A stretch of 61,805 nt of DNA from Minisyncoccia bacterium (GTDB lineage: Bacteria > Patescibacteriota > Minisyncoccia > Phycocordibacterales > UBA9973), in the NCBI GenBank assembly GCA_049317285.1, contig JBMOIO010000001.1, forward strand, positions 86,388 to 148,192. Reading direction: 5' to 3'. The notes under the pieces are model-generated. The model was not told where the DNA came from. It did not search any database and saw nothing but the letters and a program-made list of their open reading frames with translations. The position numbers were made by a program, and so were the translations under genes. Of the stretch, positions 28,125-37,899 are shown piece after piece. Position 1 is the stretch's first letter. Each line of letters starts with the position of its first letter.

Positions 28125-30281
28125 ATGGCAAACAAGAAACCGGGACCAAAAAAGAAAGATACTACTACCAATCATATTGTCATTGGCCTCCTCCTTATAC
28201 TGCTCTCTCTCCTCACGCTCGGCGGAATCCTCGGCGGAGCAGGCAAGGGTGGTATCTTGGTTGCAAGAGGAACCTACTGGCTCCTCGGAGCCGGACAGCT
28301 CATGCTCCCGGTTGCTTTCTTTACGACAGGGCTTCTGATGATACAGAAGCGCCAGATGGAAATAACGCTTCGTGAAAGCATCAGTGCAAGTGTTGGCTTC
28401 CTCGCACTCCTGACACTCCTCGCGCTCTATGATGGTGCGTTTGGTGGAGCGATAGGGCGCGTGATTGCAATACCGCTTGTCGGAGCATTTGAAATATTCT
28501 TTAGTGCGCTCATCCTTTTGTTTTTAGTTGTCGGATCCTTTACTCTCTTCTTTGATCGGTCACCAAACATTCTTCCGCTCTTGCGATCTATTCTCGAGCG
28601 CATCCTCAGTATCTTTAAAAAGCGCGAACAAGGGATGGTCACAGACGAGACAGATGAGGACGACGAGTCATACGAAGCACCAGCAGTAGTCACAGCGTCA
28701 GTTGCCGTACCAAAAGAAAACAATCCTGAGGTAAAAATCAACGATGCCACAGCCGGCGAGCGCGAACTATTGATCGACACAAAAAAGCACAGCGGGATTT
28801 ATGGCGTGTACACTCCTCCCCCGCTTTCTCTTTTGGAAGGCGACCGAGGGAAGGCAAATGTCGGCGACGTGAAAGCAAATGCAAACATCATCCGACGCAC
28901 GCTTTCAAACTTCGGTATTGAAGTGGAGATGGACGAAGTGACTATTGGCCCCACCGTCACCCGCTATGCCCTCAAACCCGCCCAGGGCGTGAAGCTTTCA
29001 CGTATTGTAGGCCTTCAGAGCGACCTTGCCCTTGCGCTTGCTGCGCACCCTATTCGTATCGAAGCCCCTATTCCAGGAAAGGCACTCGTGGGTATTGAAA
29101 TCCCGAACAAGGTCAAGGCAATGGTGGGCCTTGCAAGCCTCATCGGCGACGCTTCCTTTGGTGCAGCAAAGCCGCTGACTGCAGCTATCGGCCGAAACAT
29201 TGCCGGCAAGCCAGTCCTCTACAGTATTGCGAAAATGCCCCACCTTTTGATTGCAGGTACGACCGGTTCTGGTAAGTCGGTGACTATCCATGCGATCATC
29301 ACCTCTCTGTTGTACCGACACGGGCCCGACGACCTTCGCTTTATCTTTGTGGACCCAAAGCGCGTCGAACTCACCCTCTACAACTCTATCCCTCACCTTT
29401 TGACCCCTGTCATCACTGAAAGTAAAAAGGCTATTCTTGCATTGAAGTGGGCGGCAACAGAAATGAACCGACGCTACGACATTTTAGAAAGCGAAAGTGT
29501 GCGCGATATCGACTCCTACCACAAGAAGCATGAGAAAGCCTTTGCAAAAGGAGCTTCTGGTAACGACGAGGGCGGACCGGACCGCATGCCCTATATTGTC
29601 ATCGTCATCGATGAGCTTGCCGACATCATGCAAGCCTACCCGCGCGAACTAGAAGCCGCGATTGTGCGCCTCGCGCAGATGTCCCGTGCGGTTGGTATCC
29701 ACCTCATCCTCTCCACCCAGCGCCCTGAGGTAAACGTCATCACAGGATTGATCAAAGCAAACGTGCCGAGCCGTATTGCGCTTCGTGTCCCGACACAGAT
29801 CGACTCTCGCACTATCTTGGATACTGGGGGCGCTGAAAAGCTCCTGGGTATGGGAGACATGCTCGCCCTTGTTGGCACGAGCCAAGCAGAGCGCTTGCAA
29901 AGTGCCTTTATCACCGAAGACGAGGTGAAGAATGTGGTTGCATACCTCAAGAACTCCTTTAAAGACGATATTCGCGACACCATCGAACTCTCTGGCACCA
30001 TGACCGGCGAAAAAGCGATGTTTAGCGACGACTTGGAAGGTACTGACGATGACGCCCTCTATGAGGAAGCCCGCATGTGCGTGGTTGAAGCCGGTAAGGG
30101 CTCTACTTCCTACATTCAGCGCAAGCTCAAAGTGGGCTATGCTCGAGCTGCACGCCTCATGGATATGCTCGAAGAGCGCGGAGTAATAGGGCCTGCCGAC
30201 GGAGCAAAACCGCGCGAAGTATTACAGGGTAAAATGCAACATTCAGTCGTCGATGAGGTAGCTGAGGAGATGGGTCTATAA
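28125..30281 (+). CDS. ftsK: DNA translocase FtsK
   Basis: 718 aa with N-terminal TM helices, Walker A (GTTGSGKS), IVIDELADIM, and a C-terminal gamma/wHTH region (STSYIQRKLKVGYARAARLMDMLEERGVIGP). Confidence 0.95.
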   Translation: MANKKPGPKKKDTTTNHIVIGLLLILLSLLTLGGILGGAGKGGILVARGTYWLLGAGQLMLPVAFFTTGLLMIQKRQMEITLRESISASVGFLALLTLLALYDGAFGGAIGRVIAIPLVGAFEIFFSALILLFLVVGSFTLFFDRSPNILPLLRSILERILSIFKKREQGMVTDETDEDDESYEAPAVVTASVAVPKENNPEVKINDATAGERELLIDTKKHSGIYGVYTPPPLSLLEGDRGKANVGDVKANANIIRRTLSNFGIEVEMDEVTIGPTVTRYALKPAQGVKLSRIVGLQSDLALALAAHPIRIEAPIPGKALVGIEIPNKVKAMVGLASLIGDASFGAAKPLTAAIGRNIAGKPVLYSIAKMPHLLIAGTTGSGKSVTIHAIITSLLYRHGPDDLRFIFVDPKRVELTLYNSIPHLLTPVITESKKAILALKWAATEMNRRYDILESESVRDIDSYHKKHEKAFAKGASGNDEGGPDRMPYIVIVIDELADIMQAYPRELEAAIVRLAQMSRAVGIHLILSTQRPEVNVITGLIKANVPSRIALRVPTQIDSRTILDTGGAEKLLGMGDMLALVGTSQAERLQSAFITEDEVKNVVAYLKNSFKDDIRDTIELSGTMTGEKAMFSDDLEGTDDDALYEEARMCVVEAGKGSTSYIQRKLKVGYARAARLMDMLEERGVIGPADGAKPREVLQGKMQHSVVDEVAEEMGL

Positions 30282-30299
30282 TATACTAAAGAAATACAC

Positions 30300-30692
30300 A
30301 TGACACAGCGCAGCAACACATTCCCTCTACCCAAATTCCTCATCACTGCAGTTATTCTCGGTGTCTTTGCTCTCGTTTTGTATAATATACGCGACCTAGT
30401 ACTCGGCACTCCTCTTGAAGTGGTGGCAGCACAAGATGGTACAACCCTCGACAGCACCTTTCTCCCCCTCTCAGGCGTTGCCCGCCATGCGCGCGAACTC
30501 TTGATAAACGGCAGAACTGTTGCCATAGACCGTGCTGGCAATTTTACTGATGCAATTATCCTCTCACCCGGGTATAATATAGTCGAGGTTGCGCTCAAAG
30601 ACCGTTTTGGCAACACAGAAACACGCACCTACCACTGGGTAGTTGAGGTTCCTTCTTCTGTAGCTCAAACAGACGGCGCACATTATCAGTAA
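30300..30692 (+). CDS. membrane-anchored hypothetical protein
   Basis: 130 aa with one TM helix and a small beta-rich ectodomain. Confidence 0.55.
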   Translation: MTQRSNTFPLPKFLITAVILGVFALVLYNIRDLVLGTPLEVVAAQDGTTLDSTFLPLSGVARHARELLINGRTVAIDRAGNFTDAIILSPGYNIVEVALKDRFGNTETRTYHWVVEVPSSVAQTDGAHYQ

Positions 30693-30706
30693 TTCCCCTA
30701 TCCCTT

Positions 30707-31780
30707 ATGGCTAAAAAAGCAGCACCGAAAGAACACGGCTCTTCTATTGAAGAGACTATCAAATCCATCCAGACCAAATTCGGCGAAGGAGCAATCATGA
30801 AGCTTGGAGACTCTCCAAAGGTAGACATTTCTGTCATCCCTACTGGTTCGATCGGCCTCGACATTGCACTTGGTATCGGTGGCGTACCCCGCGGACGTAT
30901 CATGGAAATATTTGGACCTGAGTCTTCTGGTAAGACCACTCTCGCCCTTCATATCGTCGCCGAAGCGCAAAAGCTTGGCGGTATTTGCGCCTATATCGAT
31001 GCAGAGCACGCAATGGACCCTGACTATGCGGGGAAAATCGGCGTTGATATCACTCAACTCCTCATTTCTCAGCCTGACACGGGCGAACAAGGGCTTGAAA
31101 TCTGCGAGTCATTGGTGCGCAGTGGCAAGATTGATGTCATCGTTATCGACTCTGTTGCAGCGCTCACTCCAAAAGACGAAATCGAAGGCGACATGGGTGC
31201 AAGCCACATGGGTAAACAAGCACGCCTCATGTCTCAGGCGCTTCGCAAGCTCACCGCTATCGTTGCTCGCAGTAAAACTGTTGTGATCTTCATCAACCAG
31301 ATCCGTATGCAAATCGGTGTCATGTTCGGTAATCCTGAAACAACTCCAGGGGGCAAGGCGCTCAAGTTCTACACCTCTATCCGACTCGACATTCGCCGTA
31401 TTGCCCAGATCAAAAAGGGCGAAGAAGTGGTGGGCTCTCGTACTCGAGTGAAGGTGGTGAAAAACAAAGTTGCGTCGCCATTTAAGCAGACCGAATTTGA
31501 TATTATCTACGGCGAAGGAATCTCTCTTGAAGGAGAGCTCCTCGCGCTTGGCGAAAAGCTCGAAGTGATCAAGAAAAGTGGGACCTCGTATTCCTATATC
31601 CCCGCTCCAAAGAAGTCTGATGCCGGAAAAAGCGAAGACGAACTCGAAGTGAAACTCGGGCGTGGCTACGATGCCAGCCGAATCTTTATGCGCGAGAACC
31701 CAAAGGTTCGCGACGCAATCCAAAAAGATGTGCGCAAGCGCATGAAAGAAGTGGTGATGACCTCAAGCTCCGACGAGTAA
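30707..31780 (+). CDS. recA: recombinase RecA
   Basis: 357 aa: [20 protein letters not shown]..., [11 protein letters not shown]..., [10 protein letters not shown]. Confidence 0.98.
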   Translation: MAKKAAPKEHGSSIEETIKSIQTKFGEGAIMKLGDSPKVDISVIPTGSIGLDIALGIGGVPRGRIMEIFGPESSGKTTLALHIVAEAQKLGGICAYIDAEHAMDPDYAGKIGVDITQLLISQPDTGEQGLEICESLVRSGKIDVIVIDSVAALTPKDEIEGDMGASHMGKQARLMSQALRKLTAIVARSKTVVIFINQIRMQIGVMFGNPETTPGGKALKFYTSIRLDIRRIAQIKKGEEVVGSRTRVKVVKNKVASPFKQTEFDIIYGEGISLEGELLALGEKLEVIKKSGTSYSYIPAPKKSDAGKSEDELEVKLGRGYDASRIFMRENPKVRDAIQKDVRKRMKEVVMTSSSDE

Positions 31781-31795
31781 TCCCCTTTTTACCCT

Positions 31796-31830
31796 TAAAA
31801 AGCAAGCATATACAGTGCTTGCTTTTTTTG
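31796..31830 (+). terminator. intrinsic terminator after recA
   Basis: aaaaagcaagc-atatacagt-gcttgcttttttt. Confidence 0.7.
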
Positions 31831-31870
31831 TTGAAATATGGTATAATGTATACGAATTTAACAACTACAT

Positions 31871-32239
31871 ATGAAAGGAAGAAATGAAATAGTTATCACT
31901 ATAGATGATAAATTTGTTGGTACATTCCTCAACCAAATGCTCAACAACAAATATCTTGACCTTGGCGAAGAACATGCCAATGAGGCCGGTATTGTTTTGA
32001 TAGGGTATCTCACCGCCTCTCCAGAAGAACGTGCCGACAAAGAGCGCGCCGGAGAAGTGCTAAAAATACTTTCAACAGTATTTAAAGAGTATTCAAAAAA
32101 CTTTATAGGCATTTTTAGTATCCTCTACGAAGGCCTGTGTAGTGCAGTAGACGAAGAAAAGAGGATTTCCTATGGAAGAGGCATTGCGATTATGTTGTAT
32201 CAGTTCTGCGAGTATATCAACGGACTATCTATGCGTTAA
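31871..32239 (+). CDS. hypothetical protein (not RecX-like)
   Basis: 122-aa ORF flanked by an extended -10 element (TGgTATAAT, 31839-31847) and its own terminator. Confidence 0.5.
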   Translation: MKGRNEIVITIDDKFVGTFLNQMLNNKYLDLGEEHANEAGIVLIGYLTASPEERADKERAGEVLKILSTVFKEYSKNFIGIFSILYEGLCSAVDEEKRISYGRGIAIMLYQFCEYINGLSMR

Positions 32240-32251
32240 AAAATGTACTGG

Positions 32252-32280
32252 AGCCGACCCAAAAGGGCCGGCTTTTTTTA
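32252..32280 (+). terminator. intrinsic terminator
   Basis: agccgaccc-aaaa-gggccggcttttttt. It lies inside the 5' extension of the track ORF 32243..32911, which argues for the later efp start. Confidence 0.65.
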
Positions 32281-32317
32281 TGGACTTTTCCCCTCCCCTG
32301 CGATACAATCCTTTTCT

Positions 32318-32911
32318 ATGGCATTACTTGAATACAACGAAATCCGCGAACGAAAAATCATTGTCTGGGAAGGACAACCCTATGAAGTGATCCACTCTCA
32401 TGTCTTTCGCAAACAACAGCGAAAGCCAGTAAACGCAACGAAATTGAAAAACCTCATCACTGGCCGTGTTGCCGAAATCTCTTTTGGTTCGTCTGAAAAG
32501 GCTGAAGAAGCAGACATCATGACCCGCCCTGCCGTCTACCTCTACAAGGCAAAGGGCGAAGTCTTTCTCTCTGACCTCAAAGACAAGAGCAAGCGCTTTT
32601 CTATCAAAGAAGAAATCACGGGCGATAAGATCAAGTTCATCAAAGCAAACAGCGAAGTTGAGCTCATCATCTTCACGAACGACGACGACGAAGAGCAAGT
32701 AATCGGCATCAAGGTGCCTATCAAGGTAGAGCTCGAAGTCACTGAAGCGCCTCCTGCAATCAAGGGCGCAAGTGTAACGGGCGGAAACAAGCTCGCAACG
32801 GTTGAAACCGGCGCGCAGATTACCGTACCGCTATTCATCGAAGTAGGTGAAATGATCCGCATCAACACCGACACCGGTGAATATGCCGAACGCGCAAACG
32901 GCGGATTTTAA
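32318..32911 (+). CDS. efp: translation elongation factor P
   Basis: MALLEYNEIRERKIIVWEGQPYEVIHSHVFRKQQRKPVNATKLKNLITGR... The ATG at 32318 was chosen because a terminator precedes it. Confidence 0.9.
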   Translation: MALLEYNEIRERKIIVWEGQPYEVIHSHVFRKQQRKPVNATKLKNLITGRVAEISFGSSEKAEEADIMTRPAVYLYKAKGEVFLSDLKDKSKRFSIKEEITGDKIKFIKANSEVELIIFTNDDDEEQVIGIKVPIKVELEVTEAPPAIKGASVTGGNKLATVETGAQITVPLFIEVGEMIRINTDTGEYAERANGGF

Positions 32912-32917
32912 TACCAC

Positions 32918-32954
32918 AAAAAAATCCCAGAGGTTGAACCTCTGGGATTTTTTT
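32918..32954. terminator. bidirectional terminator between efp and rpsR
   Basis: aaaaaaatcccagagg-ttgaa-cctctgggattttttt. Confidence 0.75.
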
Positions 32955-32960
32955 GTATCG

Positions 32961-33161
32961 TTAGTTTGCGACGAATGGCAAGAGTGCCATGAATCGAGAA
33001 CGCTTTACTGCTTCAGCCAAAGAGCGCTGGTTTTTTGCAGAAAGACCAGTGCGCTTGCGAGGCAAGATACGGCCGTTTGGGTTCAAGAATCGCTTCAAGC
33101 TCTCAATATCTTTGTAGTCGATAAATCGAATGTTGTTTGCGTTAAAGTAGTCGTTTTTCAT
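32961..33161 (-). CDS. rpsR: 30S ribosomal protein S18
   Basis: 66 aa: ...[50 protein letters not shown]. Confidence 0.95.
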   Translation of the reverse strand: MKNDYFNANNIRFIDYKDIESLKRFLNPNGRILPRKRTGLSAKNQRSLAEAVKRSRFMALLPFVAN

Positions 33162-33175
33162 AATAATTCAATGAC

Positions 33176-33670
33176 TTAAAACGGAATGTCCTCAAGGTTG
33201 ATCTCTTCGTCGGGGTATTCAACAGTATCGAGGTCTGGCTGCGCTCCCTTTTGGGGGGCTTCAGCGTCTGAGTATCCTGATGATGTTGGCTGGCCAACTG
33301 ATGCCGGAGTGTATCCAGTATTAGGACCACCCGCTGCACCACCTGTCTTTGGACCAAACTGGAATGTTTCAAGAACAATTTCAGTGCGGTACTTTTTCTG
33401 GCCGTCAGCTGCGTCCCAGCTCCTGGTCTGAATGCGTCCTTCGACATATAACGAGCTCCCTTTTCGGGCGTACTGAGCAAGGTTTTCAGCAGAGCGACCA
33501 AATGCCACAACATTGTGGTATTCGGTATTTTCCTGGCGAGTCCCGCTTTGGTCTTTCCAAACGCGGTTTGTCGCAAGCGAAATGCTCGCTACTTTGTTCC
33601 CCGTTGGGAGTGCTTTTAGTTCAGGGTCGCGTGTGAGATTGCCGATGAGAAAAACTTTATTGAGATACAT
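33176..33670 (-). CDS. ssb: single-stranded DNA-binding protein
   Basis: 164 aa: MYLNKVFLIGNLTRDPELKALPTGNKVASISLATNRVWKD..., with an acidic tail ending DIPF. Confidence 0.95.
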   Translation of the reverse strand: MYLNKVFLIGNLTRDPELKALPTGNKVASISLATNRVWKDQSGTRQENTEYHNVVAFGRSAENLAQYARKGSSLYVEGRIQTRSWDAADGQKKYRTEIVLETFQFGPKTGGAAGGPNTGYTPASVGQPTSSGYSDAEAPQKGAQPDLDTVEYPDEEINLEDIPF

Positions 33671-33732
33671 ATGTTCTAAGTGTATAGGTTGTAATAGTAC
33701 AGTGCAAGAGTGTTCTTAAAGGTTCTAAGGCC

Positions 33733-34278
33733 TTATATTTCGTCCTTTTCTTCAGTTGAAGCTTCTTCTGTTGCTACAGTTTCAGCTACTTCTGCTTCAA
33801 GGTCGGGCAAAGTTTCGTGCACTTCGAGCGTGTCTTCGTCTTCACCTACTTCATCCTCTCCAAGGAGATCTGCATCAGGGTCTTCACCAGTCACGTCTTC
33901 TGCACGGCGTGCTTCGAGCTTTGGCTTCTTAAAGGCCACCAAGTTTTCAGCATGTGTCTTGATAAGCATGTAGCGCATAATCGCGAGATTTGCGTCAAAT
34001 GCTTTCTTGAGTACTGCCATTGCTTCGGGCTCTGCCGTGAACTTCATCCAGCCGAAATACCCTTGACTCCACTTCATTTTCTTTGAAGCGACATTTTTCT
34101 CGATACCATAAGCGAGATCAATAAAGTCTGGATTTCCTTCTGCGATAACCGCACCTCCTGCCTTTTCTATTTCAGCCTTGAGTCCTGAAACAATTGCTTC
34201 AAGCTCTGATTCCGGAGTAGTTGGGGTAACAAGGTACGAGAGTTCGTATGTACGAGTGTCTTGTGACATTTCTTCCAT
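33733..34278 (-). CDS. rpsF: 30S ribosomal protein S6 with a long acidic C-terminal extension
   Basis: RTYELSYLV...IAEGNPDFIDLAYGIEK... in rpsF-ssb-rpsR synteny. The start was taken at the ATG at 34278 (or 34269), because the longer track ORF covers the promoter. Confidence 0.85.
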   Translation of the reverse strand: MEEMSQDTRTYELSYLVTPTTPESELEAIVSGLKAEIEKAGGAVIAEGNPDFIDLAYGIEKNVASKKMKWSQGYFGWMKFTAEPEAMAVLKKAFDANLAIMRYMLIKTHAENLVAFKKPKLEARRAEDVTGEDPDADLLGEDEVGEDEDTLEVHETLPDLEAEVAETVATEEASTEEKDEI

Positions 34279-34368
34279 ATAATTGCGTTTTTTTCTAACA
34301 AAATGAGCCCGCTTCGGACCAAGTCTCCCAAGCATACAAGGCGAAGGAGAAACGGGGGCTACCGGCAC

Positions 34369-34397
34369 ATACTACCCCAAAAGGCAGCTTTTGTAAA
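34369..34397 (-). promoter_or_regulatory. promoter of rpsF-ssb-rpsR
   Basis: Minus strand reads TTTACA-17 nt-TAGTAT, followed by a leader of about 85 nt. Confidence 0.55.
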
Positions 34398-34415
34398 ACA
34401 ACATATTCAAAAGGG

Positions 34416-35207
34416 CTAGGTGAGAGAAAAGAGGGTTTTGGCATTGGCGAGCAGGCGCTGTTGTACCTCTAAAAGGTCGAGATTCTTAATCTCAGCGATT
34501 TTCTTCACCACTTCGACAACATATGCCGGCTCATTGCGGCGGCCTCTGTAGGGGGCAGGAGCTGCGAAGGGGGCATCGGTCTCTGAGAGGATTCTCTCAA
34601 GCGGGACATGTGCCACGAGCTCCTCATATTCCGGGACAAAGGTGATCACGCCTGAAAATGAGATATGGAAGCCGAGACTCAAAAAGCGGTCGGCGATTTC
34701 TTTCGTTCCCGCAAAAAAGTGCGCGGTCCCGCGCATCAAGGACCACTGTTCCTTATGCGCTTCGAGCATTTCGAGCGCATCAGTATATGCGGTCATAGTC
34801 CCCGATTCTGGGCGGATATGGAGCATGAGTGGAAGGTCGAACCGTGCAGCAAGCTCTATTTGCGCCTGAAAAAGCTCTCGCTGTTTTTCTTTTGCTTCAG
34901 GTGTTCGTTCGGATTCACGGAAGTAATCGAGCCCGCACTCGCCTATAGCAACAACACGGGGTGTTGAAGCGAGGTCATACATCTGCGACGGATTAAAACT
35001 TTGTGCCCATTCTGTCGGGTGCTGCCCCACGCACGCCCAGATGTCGGGGTTACTTCCAGCAAGCAAAACTGCACGCTCGCTCGTCACTGCATCGATACCA
35101 ATACAGATAGTCCCTACCCCCGCTTCGCGCATGCGAAGAATTGCCTCTGCTTGGTCGGCATCAAACTGCGCGAGATTAAAATGTGAGTGAGTGTCTATTG
35201 TATGCAT
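34416..35207 (-). CDS. TatD-family metal-dependent hydrolase/DNase
   Basis: 263 aa: MHTIDTHSHFNL... GECGLDYF ... LMLHIR ... ETDAPF. Confidence 0.9.
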   Translation of the reverse strand: MHTIDTHSHFNLAQFDADQAEAILRMREAGVGTICIGIDAVTSERAVLLAGSNPDIWACVGQHPTEWAQSFNPSQMYDLASTPRVVAIGECGLDYFRESERTPEAKEKQRELFQAQIELAARFDLPLMLHIRPESGTMTAYTDALEMLEAHKEQWSLMRGTAHFFAGTKEIADRFLSLGFHISFSGVITFVPEYEELVAHVPLERILSETDAPFAAPAPYRGRRNEPAYVVEVVKKIAEIKNLDLLEVQQRLLANAKTLFSLT

Positions 35208-35326
35208 ATATAATTATTTCGCTCTCATAAAAACACTGTTTTACCGCCGCATTTTTCTGCTGAAAAATTGCTGTTACTCGGCTCAGTCAGCCTGCGCGAC
35301 GCACTAAAACAGTGTTTTCATTCTCG

Positions 35327-36787
35327 CTAATCAAGTCTGTTGAATAAAGGGTTCTCTGGCATCTTTTTTTCTTTCACCAAGTCCATAATTGTTTGAGCAG
35401 TAGTCGGCATAAACGGTTGGAGCAAGAAGCCGATAATATAGAGGCGCGTTGCAAGCTCGGCGACAATTGCTTGTGCGCCCGCCATGTCGGTCTTTGCGAG
35501 CTTAAACGGCTCCTTGTTTTGGATGAGCCAATCAAGTCCGGTGACTTCGCGCCAGATATCGTCCATCGCATTTTTCAGATCGAAGCTTTCGATTTTTTCC
35601 TTAAACCCTTCTGGCACTGCGTCATCAAACTCGAGCAAGTCTTCGTCTGTTGGAAGCGTGTACTCTACCTCATAGTTCACCACCATTTTCATAATGCGCG
35701 ATACGAGGTTGCCAAGGCCATTTGCCAAATTTGCCTGGTAGCTGTCCCGAAAACGCTCCTCAGTAAAAGGACTGTCTTCAAAGCTCGTGATTTCTCGAAG
35801 AAGAAAAAAGCGGAGAACATCTACACCATACTCGTTTGAAATGCCGAGCGGGTCGATCACGTTGCCGAGTGTCTTTGACATGCGCACACCTCCGTCCGCT
35901 GTGATAAAACCATTGACCACTATCTGGTGCGAGTTGGGTACGTCTGCCGCCATCAGCATTGCTTGCCACATCGCGCCTTGGAACCGGGTATTATCCTTTC
36001 CGCAATATTGCACCGGAGTTCCGTTCATCCAGTATTTCTCAAATGATTCGTCATTGTGTGGCCAGCCAAGGGTTGAGATATAGTTCACGAGCGCATCAAA
36101 CCACACATACATGACCTGACTGTCGTCGCCCGGCACTGGCACACCCCATGCCATTTTTTCTTTTATGCGAGAGATGGAAAAGTCCTGCAGCCCCCCCTCA
36201 ACGAACGCCTTGATTTCATTGAAGCGAAATTCAGGGATAATAAATGCTGGGTTGGCTTCATAAAACGCCAAGAGCTTTTCTTGGAATGCTGAATATTTGA
36301 AGAAATAGTTTTCTTCGTTGATGATGTGAAGCGCTGTTCCTGGATGCTCCGGGCACTCCCCGTCCACGAGCTCTGAATCAGTTTTTTCTGACTCGCACCC
36401 TACGCAGTATTTTGCCTCATAGGTCTTTTTATAAATATACCCATTGTCATACACGCGCTTCCAAAACTCCTGAGCGGCTGCCACATGGTGCTCGTCTGTG
36501 GTGCGGATATAGTGCACAGCATCGGTCACCCCAAAAGAAGCAACCTGCAATTTAAAGGTATCAAACCCCTTATCAACAAATTGCTGAGGAGTTATTCCCG
36601 CTTCCAGTGCTTTTGTATAGATTTTTTGCCCATGCTCGTCAGTACCGGTATTGAAAAAAACATCAAAGCCTTGGAGTGCTTTATAGCGGGCTACTGCGTC
36701 CGCCCGCACAAATTCAAGCGCGTGCCCCATATGAAGCGGCGCATTCACGTACGGAAGCGTAGTGGTGATATAGAATGGTGTTTTCAT
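35327..36787 (-). CDS. metG: methionyl-tRNA synthetase (short form)
   Basis: 486 aa: YITTTLPYVNAPLHMGHALEF ... KMSKTLGNVIDP. Confidence 0.95.
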   Translation of the reverse strand: MKTPFYITTTLPYVNAPLHMGHALEFVRADAVARYKALQGFDVFFNTGTDEHGQKIYTKALEAGITPQQFVDKGFDTFKLQVASFGVTDAVHYIRTTDEHHVAAAQEFWKRVYDNGYIYKKTYEAKYCVGCESEKTDSELVDGECPEHPGTALHIINEENYFFKYSAFQEKLLAFYEANPAFIIPEFRFNEIKAFVEGGLQDFSISRIKEKMAWGVPVPGDDSQVMYVWFDALVNYISTLGWPHNDESFEKYWMNGTPVQYCGKDNTRFQGAMWQAMLMAADVPNSHQIVVNGFITADGGVRMSKTLGNVIDPLGISNEYGVDVLRFFLLREITSFEDSPFTEERFRDSYQANLANGLGNLVSRIMKMVVNYEVEYTLPTDEDLLEFDDAVPEGFKEKIESFDLKNAMDDIWREVTGLDWLIQNKEPFKLAKTDMAGAQAIVAELATRLYIIGFLLQPFMPTTAQTIMDLVKEKKMPENPLFNRLD

Positions 36788-36796
36788 AGCAGAAGA

Positions 36797-37861
36797 TTAC
36801 AGGCTTTCAGGGTTTACGACAATAGGAGCAAGTTTTTGTTTTTCTATATCACTTAAATATTCAAGGACAAACACTGCAACTGGGATTGCGATAATCGCAC
36901 CCCAGAATCCTGCAAGCGTGATTCCCATGATAAATGCCAAGAGGACGACGAGGGGTGGTATGCCGACCATGCGACGAGCAATGACCGGAGCGAGCACATA
37001 GTTTTCAATCTGCTGGACAATGACAAAGAAAATCATGACCTTCACCCCAAGCACCACTCCTCCGTCGATCACTGCAAAGAGTATCGCCGGGATTGCAGCG
37101 AAGATAATCCCAAACGGCACAAGCTCTGCAATACCGCTGACCAGACCAATAATAAAAGCGTACTGCACACCCAAGAGTGCGAGAACGACAATAGTGACCG
37201 CTCCGATAACAAGCCCTAAGAGAAGCTGTCCTTTAAACCAAATACCGATTTTTCTCTGAGTGCGAGTCCATAGTCCGATCACATATGCTTCGTGTTTTGC
37301 TGGAGTGAGAATGCGCAGAAAGTTGTCGATCCCCTTTTCTTGAATCGAAAGGTAAAATGACATGACAATCACCAAAATGATATTGAGAATTCCTCCAAAT
37401 GTTGAACCGATCACACTCGTTGCGCCCTGTGAGAGTATAGCGCTTGCATTTTTGATACTGACAAGGAATTCAGACATCGAAGACTGCTCCGTGAGCGTGC
37501 TGACAAACTGTGTCGCCCCTTCGATGGACTGACTGCTGATATTTGAACTGTCTGGAATATACCCAATCAGCATACCGATCATGCCGGAGAGCTCGCGAAA
37601 GACAATAGGGACAAAGGTGTAGAAAATTGCCGAAATAAAGAGAATAACAAAGGCAAAAATAAGCGGCACAGAAAGGGTTCTATGCATCTTGTAGCGGGCA
37701 AGCATGCGCACGCCCGCTTCGACAAACGATGTAATAACAATAGAAACAAGCACTAAGAGGAGTGTTTCGCGGAGCATGTAGAGTATCCAGGCGCCTACTA
37801 TCATCAATATAGCCCGGAGCATGGTGTCAGTACTGATACGGATCGTGCGAGATTCATTCAT
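36797..37861 (-). CDS. AI-2E family transporter (PerM/UPF0118-like permease)
   Basis: About 354 aa, polytopic. The start was taken at the ATG at 37861 because the track start at 37897 is a TTG. Confidence 0.75.
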   Translation of the reverse strand: MNESRTIRISTDTMLRAILMIVGAWILYMLRETLLLVLVSIVITSFVEAGVRMLARYKMHRTLSVPLIFAFVILFISAIFYTFVPIVFRELSGMIGMLIGYIPDSSNISSQSIEGATQFVSTLTEQSSMSEFLVSIKNASAILSQGATSVIGSTFGGILNIILVIVMSFYLSIQEKGIDNFLRILTPAKHEAYVIGLWTRTQRKIGIWFKGQLLLGLVIGAVTIVVLALLGVQYAFIIGLVSGIAELVPFGIIFAAIPAILFAVIDGGVVLGVKVMIFFVIVQQIENYVLAPVIARRMVGIPPLVVLLAFIMGITLAGFWGAIIAIPVAVFVLEYLSDIEKQKLAPIVVNPESL

Positions 37862-37899
37862 TACCCCAATGGTACCACTGCCGGCAGGTGGGAACAAGC

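Noticed and set aside
31109-31723. Long antisense ORFs opposite well-supported genes: 31109..31723 versus recA, 38413..39069 versus the M16 peptidase, 44592..45104 versus ileS, 23349..23864 versus the Wzy_C-TPR gene, and 58109..58687 versus the ABC permease.
   Set aside because: Each is fully embedded antisense to a gene with strong family signatures. Their translations are Arg/Ser/Cys-rich and low-complexity with no recognisable motifs, as is typical of shadow ORFs.
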